Both the position numbers and the translations under genes were made by a program. A stretch of DNA of 63,849 bases, the filler included, from Choristocarpus tenellus KU-1152 (Eukaryota; Protista; Phaeophyceae): NCBI GenBank assembly GCA_964200185.2. It is 10 parts of 10 records of this genome, joined end to end, with 100 filler letters (N's around TTAATTAATTAA, not from the genome) between each part and the next. Parts side by side here need not be neighbours in the genome. Positions count along the whole stretch, not along the records: positions 17,172 to 39,259 come from CAXNAD020000301.1; positions 39,360 to 42,673 come from CAXNAD020020873.1; positions 42,774 to 46,504 come from CAXNAD020018256.1; positions 46,605 to 52,871 come from CAXNAD020008526.1; 6 more parts are not named here. One strand, written 5' to 3'. Shown one piece after another: positions 37,460-50,529 of this stretch. The stretch's first letter is position 1. Each line of letters starts with the position of its first letter. Below the pieces are notes generated by a model. That model was not told where the DNA came from and ran no database searches. It worked only from the letters and a program-made list of their open reading frames with translations.

Positions 37460-39170
37460 CGCATGATAGCACTAGAGTGCCTATTGAATGATTCCTTAGG
37501 CAAACCCTTTGTACAAAGATCCATAAGTTGGAACTCGGTAGGCAGATATCCAATTACTCTCTTTCTTTCCCTCTACAGCTGGCGTACATAGTGGTGCTGG
37601 TTATTTATATATTTTGACCTACCTCCAGATACTGCCTTCTGGGCGATCTTAATTTCACCATCATTATCCTCAAACACTGGTACTGAGTAATCCTTACTAA
37701 ACTGAGGGCATGAATATGTGCACCTGCTTGAGGAACATAACCCATTTCCCTAAATCACACAGTGCAACATGCTCAGCCTCGGTAGTAGACAATGCAACCT
37801 TTTTCTGCTTCCTAGACCACCAGTCAATACATCCTCCCCCAAACATCACAACACCACCAGAAACAGACAATCTACTCTCCTTGTAGTTTGCAAAGTCAGC
37901 ACCTGAATAGACAAATAGCTAATCCCTTAGTCCATCCCCATACAATCCAAAATCTCCAGAGGTGACGTCATGTTCCCTAGTACCTAACAGATATCCTATT
38001 ATTCTTTCGGCATTCAACCAATGAGATCAACTTGGATTCTCCACAAAAGATGCCAACTCTCTAACTGCAAAAGGACACACCAGGTCTAGTCATTATGTTA
38101 CAGCGCGCCCCGGAACTCACCTCCGCAGGATGTGTAATTCAAATCCAACGACTTTAAAACGACGCTATGGGGACGTTGCCCTTGGCAACAGCTTGTTGGG
38201 TGTCAGGCAGCCTTTTCTCGATACTCCACTCAGTGCGTAGCTCAAAGCTCGACTCAATGTTAAGTTCAAGATAAAATACTGATTTAAAGGGGGTAATGGT
38301 TTTGACCAAAAGCCCTCTTATTATTTTCATCATCCACCCAATTTCTTTGGTCTTCTATCCAACTGCTCTATACATATTCCAATCATACACTTTTATTCTG
38401 CAACCTCTTAGGAACTTTATTACGAATCTTACTCTGTATCTTCTACGAAATCAGCATTGATTCTGTTAAGGCTACCTATGTGTTACTAATTCTCGTATAT
38501 TGTTCGGACTTGTTAGAACGCAAGAAACAACCCTCGCACTATTCGCCTGTCACACATGTCCGTGTTTGCTAAACCACGAGAAGAAATCCTTGCGCTATTC
38601 GTCTGTAACAATTATTGTGCCCATTGTGTCCCACCAACCATTGATCTATAGCCGTCTGTAACAGACCCCTCCTGCTCCACCCTCTTTGTGATTGACGATC
38701 ATTCATAGGTTGTACCAACCCCGTACCTCTTCGCCAGGTCTGCAGTGAACAAGGTCTGATCCAGCATAAGAGTCCCAGCATTTCTCTGTTTCTCCTGATT
38801 TTGTAACCCTTGAACTTGGTCATCTCACCCAAATTCACCACCTGGAACTTATCGTCCAATCCCCGATAATACCAACACCATAGCCTGCCCCTTATTTACC
38901 CAGCTATCAACATGTCATCCACATGGACGATCATGATCATCACTGCCTTACCATCCACTATTAATCTGAATAGGCATGGATCTGCCTCAGACTGTTCCAA
39001 TCCCAACTTCAGTAAGGCATCCACCGGTAAAAACTTCCAGTTCCAAGATGCCTGGAATATCCCATACATGGACTTCTTTAGCAGTCCCACTGGTCCATCA
39101 AATTTGCCATCCTGTATCCCTAACCCCGCCTTGAACCTCTGCACTCTCCCTTTCCCATCCATCTTCCTCG
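37460..39170 (-). mobile_element. Decayed Ty1/Copia retrotransposon pol (RT + RNase H), with stops and frameshifts
   Basis: LKKSMYG.FQAS, QSEADPCLF, IVHVDDMLIAG, YRSMVG...TRPGVSFAVRELA, WWSRKQKKVALSTTEAEHVAL, FEDNDG, DLCTKGLP. Confidence 0.9.
38096..38610. mobile_element. Solo LTR-like insertion inside the Copia RT
   Basis: TGTTACAG...CTGTAACA inverted termini; ATTA on both flanks; Copia RT reading resumes across the site. Confidence 0.75.
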
Positions 39171-39424
39171 GTCCAAAACCCTGTGCCTATCTAATGGGTA
39201 AGGTAACTGGAACTTTGCCCATCTACTGTGTTTGGGCTCAAAGTATCTGGGAGGGGGTGNNNNNNNNNNNNNNNNNNNNNNNNNNNNNNNNNNNNNNNNN
39301 NNNTTAATTAATTAANNNNNNNNNNNNNNNNNNNNNNNNNNNNNNNNNNNNNNNNNNNNGCATAAACATTATATTGTCATTCGGTAGGAAATAACATCTG
39401 TGTTCAAATCTTTTGTTGGTTTTA

Positions 39425-39605
39425 GGTTCAAAGTATCGGGGGGGGGGGTGGCGGCTGTCCACTTGGGGTGAATTTTTTCATGTTGCGATGTTTGGGTGAT
39501 TTGGTGGCATACGTCGGATGGACAATGTAAGTACTATTTTCCTGGTTTTGCTCCAAATGGACACCCTGGTGTAGACCGCCGCCCCCCCCTCAGGTTCTTT
39601 GAGTC
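39425..39605. mobile_element. MITE family B, full length (~180 bp)
   Basis: ggttcaaagtatc ... caggttctttgagtc (degenerate TIR); flanked by tta/tta. Confidence 0.8.
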
Positions 39606-42600
39606 TTAGTAGGAAAGAACAATTAATTGCGTACGAATGCTATGTTGTTGAAGTGCAACGTGAAAATATATGTACCGAGGGCATAATAAAATGATGACAA
39701 TAGGAGGTAAGAGGTACTATTAATACTACACTGGAGTACTCATAATACCATAGAGTTAGAAATGCATCATGAGTAGACCTACACATTGTCCTCACGAAGA
39801 CTTGCAGTAAGTATGCTGCTACAAGAGCCATACATAGTACCTTGCAATATGGGTAGCCAAGGATGTCCTGGAGGACCTTATCCACCAGTTACGACATCGC
39901 CTACACTCTCCTCAGGAACTATGGGGTAGTCATGTGGATGCGAATGTTGGCATGTCCACGTATCACAAAATCCCAAGATCATGGACAATCGGGTGACAAC
40001 AGAAATGTCCCGATATCACATAACACTCCACATTAGCAGTCCCATAAATGTAAGCAAGGTGTAGAAAGGGTAAGGCTTGCGAGCGGACAGTCAAGGTCCT
40101 TGGTACATGTATTTCGACAGTTTTGCTCAGAAGACAATCAATAGTTGTGTGATTGAAACCTCAATTTTTGAGACCAAAGGGGATTGGTTCGGTCAGGTAC
40201 GAAACACTTACCGTCACTTTCAACTCATCAACAGTCAGGAATTCTGAGCGTACCCTGTTTGCCACTTCACCAGGCAACAACCCACCCAGATAAAATCCGA
40301 CTACCAAATTGTCAAAAAAAATATACGCAACAACCTACCCCAAAATCCCATACATGCATATCCCCTCTTAATCCATCCAGTCCTGAGCATCTGTTGAGAA
40401 CGGTGTAGTATCAACTACAGGTCAAGGGAAATCATCTGCTACGATGTGTTGGTGCCGATGTCGCCTCCGGTGTGTTCAAACACTACTTTTCCATTGCAGG
40501 GGGTGGCAACCAGAAACTTACTGCAGAGCAACAAGTGCAGCGTCCTCCACACCTAACCATGTGAACATTGATCGATGAAACAAGCATTCACAATCTTCGT
40601 AACCTGTACCCTTTCAAGTGTCATCTGCAAGGGGACAACGAAGCAACACAATGTGTTCACCGTTGCTAGAACACGCCACAAAGCCATTAACATCCTTACG
40701 ATACACACATCAGAACTAGGATGGCGACCACTGACACACACCTAGTGTCTACCCACACAACACTACTCCCCAATTCTACAGAGACTAGGGCAGAATAGTG
40801 GTTGGAGAACTAAGGTAATGCGTTGAGCTGAGGTACTGGTAATAGGTGCTGAGACAAATCATGTATCAATGACTTGTCACTTCTTGCAGAAACATGCCAC
40901 CAAATAGGAGCCCCCCACCTCCCCCCTCAACAATTTGAGGTACTGAAGCAATGGGGTGGAAAAATTGAGAAGAGCGGTTTGTGTGGAAAACTGCTGCTGG
41001 AAGCATACACCAGTAACACATTTGGATACGTAGGAGCCCAAGACCTCTCTTTCCACCTCCTCTCATTGAAATCCCTGATGAAGGGTTATCAGGGCCAATG
41101 GGTGAACTCAAGCACCTTCTCCACAATCCCCCACCCTGTGACGACCTACAATAAGGGCATGTTGCAGTAAGGTTCGTTTTCAGGGTATAATTGAGAGTGG
41201 AGGGGGTGGAGGGGCTGGGCAGGACTTGAAAGTTATCAGATCAGGAAATAGTATCTACTTTCAATGTAAGATCTCAGTCAATATCTTTCAACCAATTTTG
41301 TCGACCCCTGACATACATGATACACAACAAAATAAAAAATAAAACACAGCTGCAAACATGGCAATAGGACCTGTCAAAGCAACAACAAACTTGAGCAAAC
41401 ACAATTACAGACTGCCTGCTGAGGCTTCAAGAATCTACTTTTTTTTTACAAATAACAGGCAGGAAAAATAAAACTTCCACTACAGCACAGCAGGATGTGG
41501 CTAACACCCCACAGTTATTGGTCCAAAAAAAAAAGGAGCAGATTCAAATATTATGCATCCTCAAGACTGTTGTGACATACGCAACATACCTATGTCACCA
41601 AAAAACGTACGTATACACAACAAACCACTATATATTCATGAAACATTTACAGATGCAGTACAAAACAAATGAAAAAATATATATATTTATATATACTTAA
41701 ATATTTAGGAGAGTAACTGAGTGATTTTGTCTATCCTCCATATTTGTAACAAGAAAACTGAACGAGCAACAAGGTGATCCAATCGAAGCCCCAACACCAT
41801 GATGCAAAAAAAAAATGTTGCACGCATCATGGTCCCGAGCAAGAAATGAATAGCTCAAAAGGGAACACACCATATGTGTACGGGGCACATGCCGACTCTT
41901 GAGATACACAAGCTGTATGCATTTGGTGGGAGTGTAGCATGCATCTCAGTCCCCTCAACCTTCACATCTCCCCTTAAGACCAATCTAATGGGCCCCCCTC
42001 CCACTTCATCTTCATATTCCCGTCACAGGGAGTTGGAAGAGCAGTACAGAACGGCTCGAGATTCGATCCTTCGAACTCCGATATTGTCGTAGTTTGAGAG
42101 ACAATCAGGGCATGTAGCCATGAGACCACTGCCTCCCCGGCAGGATAGCACAGTGGCATCTCAACAATCGACAGTTCGTGCTCTCACTGGGGGGATAGAT
42201 GACTCACCTGCCAAGCAAAGAAACCGACGGTGCCGGCATTGATGGCGATGTGTGCCACACGTGCACTCTCATTCCCCTTCTGCATTGCCGGAACGAGGGA
42301 AGCAGCCGCCGCCCAGGCCACCACTATCCCTGCACCCACATACAGGTGGGGGCCGGGGAAGAGCTACACTTACGGCGCAGCAAAAGCAGGGAAGGGGTGT
42401 GGGGAGATTGGGTGCACCCCATGCAGAACGATAACAATGTACAGTGGTATGAAAAACAAAAACAGATTTTAAATATGAGGTATTGCAGTATGTGGTGCAT
42501 ATTATTATAGACAACGACGAAAGTGCTACTTAAGGTAGGCCATATAAAAGTATTTTCTATTCATCTTTTAGGCACGGTAGAGATGTGCAGAGGAGGGGGG

Positions 42601-45600
42601 GGGGGGGGGGGGGGGGAAAAAAAAAAAAAAAAAGAGGAGAAAAAAAAAAAAAAAAAAAAAAAAGAAAAAAAGANNNNNNNNNNNNNNNNNNNNNNNNNNN
42701 NNNNNNNNNNNNNNNNNTTAATTAATTAANNNNNNNNNNNNNNNNNNNNNNNNNNNNNNNNNNNNNNNNNNNNGAGGTAGGATACAAGGTTGGGGGGGGG
42801 GGGTGGGGGTGTGTTGTGTGAGGGGGCGTCCGTTTCAAATCCGACACGTGCGCGACCAAATCACACCAATAGAGTGAAAATCGAAAAGAGGGTGAAAAAG
42901 GGACGCCGACACCCCCCCCCAGATACTTTGGCCCATAGATGAACCCAACGCAAGAAGCAAGTCATAAATGGAGGCAGTACCTCCACGTGGGCTCACCATT
43001 TCTTGCTAGTTCTGATTTCCGTTTGAGCCAAATCACTTGAGAGGTAAACATGCTTGAGCCCTTTGCATTCTAGATAATCTTTATCGCCCTGTCAAATACA
43101 CTCTAATTCATTGCTCTATGTGCTCAGTAGTGTACATGAAATTGATATTCCCCCTTTCCACAAGCAAAGTGACACAACAATTCGGCAAATACTATTTCTG
43201 TAATTGGTGCAAAATGGCTTCTTCTCTTGCCCTTTCTCAGGATCCTTAAAATGCAACCCTGCCTGCCTCTCAGATAGTTTGGCTCGCTTCTACAGAGGCA
43301 ATACAATCAGTTATGTAGTGCAATAGTTGGCTACATCGTTTGCCTTGGTTCCATCTCTAGAGTTCAACCTCAGCACTTACTTTCACAGGGGAAACTTCCG
43401 GGGTCTCGGCAAACAGGTAGATCAATTCTTCGATGAGATGGAGACTCATCCAGTGGGCTGTAGGAGGGCGGAGGTTCTTAGTTCTAATGGAGCACCAATG
43501 AAGGCATACATGCACGACATTGTTTACTACACAAGCTGCAATCTTCAGGTATGTCATGCAGTTTAAGGTGGGGGCATTGGGTCGGTAGGCTAGATAGGGC
43601 ATGACTCACTCAAGGGACTCCCTCCTTGTTCTAGTCCAACTTCAGAGCACCAGTGTTGTTATGAGAGGAGTAGCTTCATCTATTTTTAGTTTCCTTATTA
43701 GCATTACGTTTCCTGTTTCAATGCGATCAACTACTGCACGGGATATCATTTACACTATGTTGCTCATCATCTCTTAGTGTATCCGAAGGATTTTTATTGT
43801 AAAAGCAATACGGACTCTACGTTGTTGAGGCCACGTTGTCTTCTTTATCTCATACTTCTTATTCCCTAATAATGTCTAGGGTGCTGACTTTTCCTGTGTT
43901 GTTGAATGACAGGACATGGCAAAAACACCACTAACCCTTGAATTTGAGTTTGTGGTGGATAGGTATCTGATTTGGAGAATTCAGCGCTATGAGTGTTGCA
44001 CGTCACTGTTGTTATAGTTATGGATGATACACCAGGTATGTCCATTCTCGGTGCTTTTGCTCAAGATTTCGGGCTTGACGGATCACACGATTCTTTGTTG
44101 TGAAGGACACTAAGCCCAACTCCATAATGATATAATTGAACAGTAAGGATCTATCAAGAGTCTACATTGTGAAGACCTCGTCTGTGGGTCTTGGTTTGAT
44201 TTGCTTGTCAGATTGGGGTTCCATCACAGGTGTGGATGGGTATTATTACTTTTTTGCGCATTGCATCACACGTGTATGACGTGTATTTTGTTCAAGATTA
44301 GGTTTGTTCACCACGTACCTGGTTTCAGAAACCATAACGAACAGTGAACAATGTTCGCTGCCAGTCTCTCGCTATTTGCCCTGCTCTTCGTACTCCTTCG
44401 CACTCCTTCGCACTCCTGCCATGTCCGCTAGCCCTCACAATGAAGTCGATCTTCGAGGACATCGTCCTCGCAACCACAATCTTTCTAACCTTCTTCCTCT
44501 CACAATCAGCAGTCAACAACACAGTCAGGGTGTCATTCAAGATTTTGTTGGCCGACTAAGCACGACACTTCGAAGCGTGGAAAAATAAATGATGGAAGCT
44601 GCAGGATCTACACCCTTATCAATGCCACAAGAGGGACCGAGGTCAGGTTGTCGCCTGCGTTCCTCTGAACAATCTTGTGCTCTTACAACTGCTTGCTCTT
44701 TCCATCCGCTCTATTTTTACCATTTCCGCATCGCTTTTCACTCTGTCCTGCGCCAAAATATGTCCCACTTCCAACACATACCTCTAAAGGAATTCGACCA
44801 CACACAGAGAACCGAAATTCGCTATCATTTCTCACTCTGTCCTGTGTTGAAATATGTCCCACTATTCTTTACTGCAATAGGACCACACATAGGAAGATGT
44901 ACAACAATTTCTCTTCGCCTCGCTGACATCGGTGTCCACTGAACTACTCATAGGACCGTTTCCACATACAGTGAACTCCTCACACGCTTTAAAAACTGTG
45001 AGGAGGTCGTAGATATTGAAATACAACTATGCCAATGTGAACAACCGGGAGTTTGCTTGGATTGGATCTGTGCGATTCTTGCGAATGCATGACACACGAA
45101 CAATATGCTCTTTCAAACGAATCTGCACCTTGGTCTGTTCCAAGAGAACATATACCTCCTTGTGTTGAGCTGGGAGCAGCGGTTCAGGCTTTCAACATTA
45201 ATGTTCAGTTTTGTATAGCCGATGACAGTGAGTTTGTGCATCTCACGTTGGTTCATGTGCTTGTTGGAGCGACGTCCACCTGCCATATATGCTTTTCCTA
45301 ATCGAGTTACCCTAACGACCCTCACATCGAAGAATGGGTCTTGGGGGAATCCGGGCACTTTGAGCTACTACTACGTCTGCATGCTTATCCTCTGAAGTCC
45401 TTCTCCAAAACAGCATCCCACTATTTCAGAATACGACAGGTGGGTGGAGAACCAAAAACTGAAGGAGTAACAGGATTAGTAGGGGGGAGAGAATCAGTGA
45501 GTGTGGGGAAAATAAGGTTGTCTTCCTAAAACAAATGACTCGGAAGAACAGGATCCGAACTTTGAACATGTCTTCCAAGGAAATGGCTGCTTACCTGGCA

Positions 45601-46334
45601 CAAAAGGCTGAGACTGAAAGGATCCGGGTTGCGAATATTTTTTCAAGGAAAAGGCGGCCTATTGGGGACAACTTGCTCAGAAGAAGAAGAGGATCCGAAC
45701 TTGGAGAATATCTCCCCAAGAAACCTCTGCCTACCTTGCACAAAGGGCTGAGTGCAAGAGACGAAGGTGCACTCTTTCAGTGAAGGACGCATCAAAATAC
45801 CTTGGTGGACTATGACCCTGCCAAAATTTGCACTTCCAGGTGTGTTCTTCTATTCTGTTCATCCCCAACTGACCCTGCTCAAGGGGGCCCCTTCTTTTTG
45901 TCACGCCCGCAACCCTCAACATCTTGGGGAGGGGGCTTTTTTTTTTCACATCTCCAACCCTTAATGCCTTCCTGGGAGACCCTCGTAAGGAACTTCAGGG
46001 TCACACCATTTGCTTCAAATGTTCATAATCAATTTTGAATAGTCCTTCACATACTTCACAATCTAACATCTAATTTTTCGCATTTTCCTTCCGTAGATAG
46101 GAGTGGGCTAAGCACAAGATGCTCATTGGATATACTCTGTTCTCTTTCTTACTATAGACAATGCAAATGTGTTCATGAACTTCTCTAATGGTGATGCAGA
46201 CTGGACAAAAAAAAAAGAAGGCAATACCTTTTCTTGACTTCCTTCAATTCTATCTAATACATGTATCCCACACAGTATTGGAATGCTCGCACATAGTGTG
46301 GCCTAGGGTGCCTGAAAATAATAACAAATTTCCA

Positions 46335-46504
46335 GGTTCAAAGTATCTGGGAGGGGGTGGCGCCGGTCCATTTTGGGTCAATTTTTTCATATCGCGATTT
46401 TTGGTTGATTTGGTTGCCATACATCGGATGGATAATGCAAATGCACTTTTCCCGATTTTGGTCCAAATGGACACCCTCGTGTAGACCCCCCCCACCCCCC
46501 CAGA
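46335..46504. mobile_element. MITE family B, truncated by contig end
   Basis: ggttcaaagtatctgggagggggtggcg...gtgtagacccccc...caga. Confidence 0.8.
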
Positions 46505-46839
46505 NNNNNNNNNNNNNNNNNNNNNNNNNNNNNNNNNNNNNNNNNNNNTTAATTAATTAANNNNNNNNNNNNNNNNNNNNNNNNNNNNNNNNNNNNNNNN
46601 NNNNGTATTTTACAACACCCCATCAAGCCCCCGATGGAGAACCTGGGCTGAACACCCCCCCCCTCGAAGTACCATGGCACAACTCGAACATACGATGTTG
46701 GTTGCTCAACTCTCCAAAACGAAACAAGGTAACTGTACGGTCATTATATCATGTTGGGGGGGTCATACCACTCGAAAGAAAAGGATCAAATATGACTCAC
46801 CTCAAAATTCTATCACTTACATTGAATCTTTGTTTTTGA

Positions 46840-47097
46840 GAGTTCAAGTTTTTAAGAGGGTAGGGCCACGGCCGTTCAGGATCATAAATCTAATTTTGCG
46901 ATTTTGACTCATTTTGGCTATCATGTTTGTTAGCAAGTGTCAATATCCTTGCTCTGGATACACCATTCATAGTCGTATACATTTTTGGTAACTGTGTTCA
47001 CACAGAAAACCTAAAAAGCGCATAAAAACCCCACGGGAAGCCAAGCCCTGAACAGAAAAACAGGGCAAAACTCCTACCCTCTTACATGCTTTGGGTC
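46840..47097. mobile_element. MITE family A, degenerate
   Basis: Internal blocks gtgtcaatatccttg, gggaagccaagcccc-like, cagggcaaaactc.taccctct. Confidence 0.65.
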
Positions 47098-47953
47098 TCA
47101 TGCAGGCCTTCGGTGCAATCCTTGATTGGTAAGAACTGTCACAGGTGATATGTCTTGATGGTGGTTTCATAAACACCATTATGACATTGAAGTTCGAGAT
47201 TTGATATATTTGTACCTCTTGATTATTTATTTATTATTTGGTCATTATGATCCCCGATTGTGATCGACATTGTTGATCAGTCCCTTTTAATACCATTTTA
47301 TTTACGATAATCCAAGTGAGAGATCCACCATACTTGGCGACTTGTGCATCAGGAGTCCTATACCTACATCAGTATCATCTATAAGACCGTGGATTGGAGC
47401 TATGCATCCTGTGGAGGTGAGCATCGAGGGGCGCCTGTAAAATGGAGGTCCCACCGAGACTGGAGGTCTAACCGTAACAGAACAACGTCTCTCGTTCCAT
47501 GACATAATGTGTTCCATTCCAGCAAGACATCACAGGACAAGGAGCCCCACACAACAAGATCGTGATACTGACACTATTATCAAGCAGTATTTTATCGGGA
47601 CCAAGTTGGGGAATCACTAAAGCTTCAATAGGCAATGTGGTGTCACCAAGTGTAAGTGCAAAACGAATAAATCCACGATTATGCAGTGGTGAACCATTAG
47701 CAGTACGTAGAATATTGCACGAGGTGGAACAGGATGCACATCCAAACGTTTAAGTTGAGGGTGATTGCGAACAAATGCCTCTGATATACGTGGTACATCA
47801 CTTGCTGTATCAATGGTTAAGTCATTTCCTTTTGTTCTTCAACGGTGTCGGATACGCATGGGTTGGGGAGAACAGGCCTTCCCCTGTCACCATCATATAT
47901 AGATTTCCTGTCCCAGTTCAGACAATGGAAACTGCCGGTAATCTTTTAACAGG

Positions 47954-48320
47954 TCAAGCTTGACAAAGCAGACCGCACCTTGAAGTTTGGTCATCATTGC
48001 CGTGAGGTTTGGGCATGGGGAAAGGGCACTCCTCTGTGCGGCTGTTCACCACACTGAAACCCGTCACCAGTTGGTAGCCCGGCCCCTCAGGCTTGGGCAA
48101 AGCCAATGATGGGCTGCTCCATTCAGCCTGTGGGGTCCGCCTCAGCACCCCCAGTAAGACCAGCAGGTCCATAAATCCTGCCATGCAGCTCTGTTGCTCC
48201 GGATGGTATGCACTGAGTCTGGGCTTCAAAGAAGTCATTCCTTCCTTCAGCACCACCCGCATGGGCTCCACCTTGGCAGGCGGGTATCATCCCAAGGATG
48301 TCCGGAGCACATTGGTCCAG
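47954..48320 (-). mobile_element. Ty3/Gypsy reverse transcriptase N-terminal fragment (pseudogenised)
   Basis: PPAKVEPMRVVL...Y.PEQ...LGVLR..PQAEWSSP...PK..G.GYQLV...VN..TE.CPFPMP. Confidence 0.75.
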
Positions 48321-48321
48321 A

Positions 48322-48378
48322 GGCTCAAAGTATCTGGGGAGGAGGTGGCGGCTGTCGAGTTGGGGTCAATTTTTCATG
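48322..48378. mobile_element. MITE family B fragment abutting the Gypsy remnant
   Basis: ggctcaaagtatctgggaggaggtggcggctgtc...ttggggtcaatttttcatg. Confidence 0.7.
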
Positions 48379-48589
48379 TAGGTAGATTGGAGGCACAGGA
48401 AGGCAGTCGTACAACATACTGGTATAGTGGTATCAGTAGCTTCGCCCTCTGGGGTTGTCCCGTCATAACTTTTGATGTAGACATCGGGTTTAAAAAAAAA
48501 CATATTCGTGATGCCCGTCACAAGGCTCTTCAGAGTACGGGCTTCGTATTTTTTTTTCGCCATTTTATTCTTTTTTTGAAGAAAGAGCA

Positions 48590-50370
48590 CTCATATTGGG
48601 GTGCGAACCCTGGATTGTAGATCACCAAGAGTGGCAACAGATGCACTATTACTTGATTAAGGTATAGGATTTAGTCGGGAAAAAAGCCTCCCCACCCTTT
48701 CTTCCTGTGTGTTCGCGCACCTACTCTTTGACTGCGGCAAAGATGTCCTCGTCGACGCCCAGAACGAAACACCTCTCGTAGCGCCCTTGCTCCGACACCT
48801 TGATGTGGCCCTCAGTTAGGAAGTCTCTCTCCCATTTACTTACAGTTTCCGAGCTGTCCATTGCATATCCTGTTGCCATCTCGACCACCGTTTGACAGTC
48901 TTTCCTATCGTTAATACACACGTAAAGGATTCGCAGTGTTAGAACCTTCACTATCACATTTCTTTGTTGAGCACCGGAATTGAGCGTTATCCGTGTTTTC
49001 TGAACGGGTGATCCTTTATCAACAAGGTGCAAGGGTGAGGGAGGACAAGCTTGAGTTGATCGAGAATTGTGTTGATTTCTTGAATGAATGCAGGCTGGGA
49101 GAAAGCCTTAATCAACTTTATACATCGAACCCCAAGTCCAGGAATAAAAGGAAATGTACGATATCTTACAAGAAGTGGGAGACACCAAACCATTGGTGTG
49201 CAAATAGTCTCAATCCCACCTCCTCTTCTTCCCTGGCGTCCTTGTTGATGGCTACCTCCACCTGCTTCGCGACCTCTTGTAAGTAAAGGATTTGGTGGTG
49301 TCGAAAAGTCTCCACAGCTGGCTTTGTTACGATCGCCTTCTTCTCCACCTTGCGAGCCCTTTAGACCTTCTTTCGGGCTTCAGCGCCTTTGTAGCCCAAC
49401 CCCAACACCTTCTTTCTCGTTTCCTTAAGCCACACTGGCTCGCACAGGTTCCAGACAGTCAGGACCTGCTACAACTGTAGACTACTCAGGTATTCTACAC
49501 CCGGGTTTTCGCTTAGGCGTTTTCTGAGCGCAATGGCACGCAGTTTCACCGCTCTCTTCCCCAATCTTCCCTTTGGGTGGGCACCCCGGTTCTCCCTTCG
49601 CCTACCGTGACCAGGCTTCCCCACAGACTTCGTCACTGTACCACCTGGTGACGAATTCGCCGCTCTCTTCCTGCTTTTCTGAGGTGGCAGAGACTGCAGA
49701 GCAGTGCTTCAAAATGGTTGAAGACCCAACCACCTTTGTATGGTAGTGCTTTCACTGCATCTTCTCTCAATGTCACCCGTGATCCATTTCGCGATTCGAT
49801 TATGCTACTACGCACAACTACTCGCACTTTCTCGTTACCTAACATTGCACTGAGTGTCAAACGGTACTTGCTTTTCCGTTGTCTCTCGACAGAGGAGGTG
49901 CCGAGGGTAGATCCAGGGGGCAGAGTGGCCTCGGCGGCTCTCCTTGTCTCACCGTCGTGGTTCATGTTGCTGTGTAAGTCACACGTGTGTGTGCTCACAG
50001 AAAGTCTGAAAAAGGAGTTTAAAAGATGTCCAGAAATGTGTTCTTTTCTTGGTATCACCACACCAACCAAACTTGGGCAGCGAGGTACCCCGGACCAGGT
50101 TTTTGCAAGGACTTCGGCCAACCACTTCATTTTTGCTAGTTTTGAGTCGCGACCTTCAAAATTGCGTAGGAGATGTTCCCCCACGTTTTTGCCATTCTTT
50201 GATCGGGACATAGCTCCTGTTCCCTGAAGCCTGGACATTTCGTGGATACAAACGTTCGAAAGGTCTTGTCATACCCTTTAATTTGAGATATACATTGTTG
50301 TATAACTGTTGTGGCGTTTCTGCGAAAAAAAAACACAATTGCCACAGAGAGCGAAGCTACTAGTACCACC
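48590..50370 (-). pseudogene. Decayed transposase-like ORF chain (N-terminal/HTH part of a DNA transposon protein)
   Basis: Successive broken minus-strand ORFs; ETVSKWERDFL.EG.I.VSEQGRYER..VL..DEDI....KE*VREH..RKG resembles the region preceding the catalytic domain in a eukaryotic DDE transposase family; no catalytic motif seen. Confidence 0.45.
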
Positions 50371-50529
50371 TTAGTAAAATAACAAATAGATTTATGTTTC
50401 TTACATTTGTGATATACTTTACTTCTTTTGGTTTATACTGATATGTAAATAGTTTTCATTATTTTTCCCTCTAACACATCTCCAAATATCAGAGGGCATA
50501 ATAATAAAAATATAAGAATATGCAGCATA

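Noticed and set aside
43000-45800. Protein-like short ORFs, possibly viral or transposon-derived
   Set aside because: No recognisable motif or consistent exon structure; cannot support a call.
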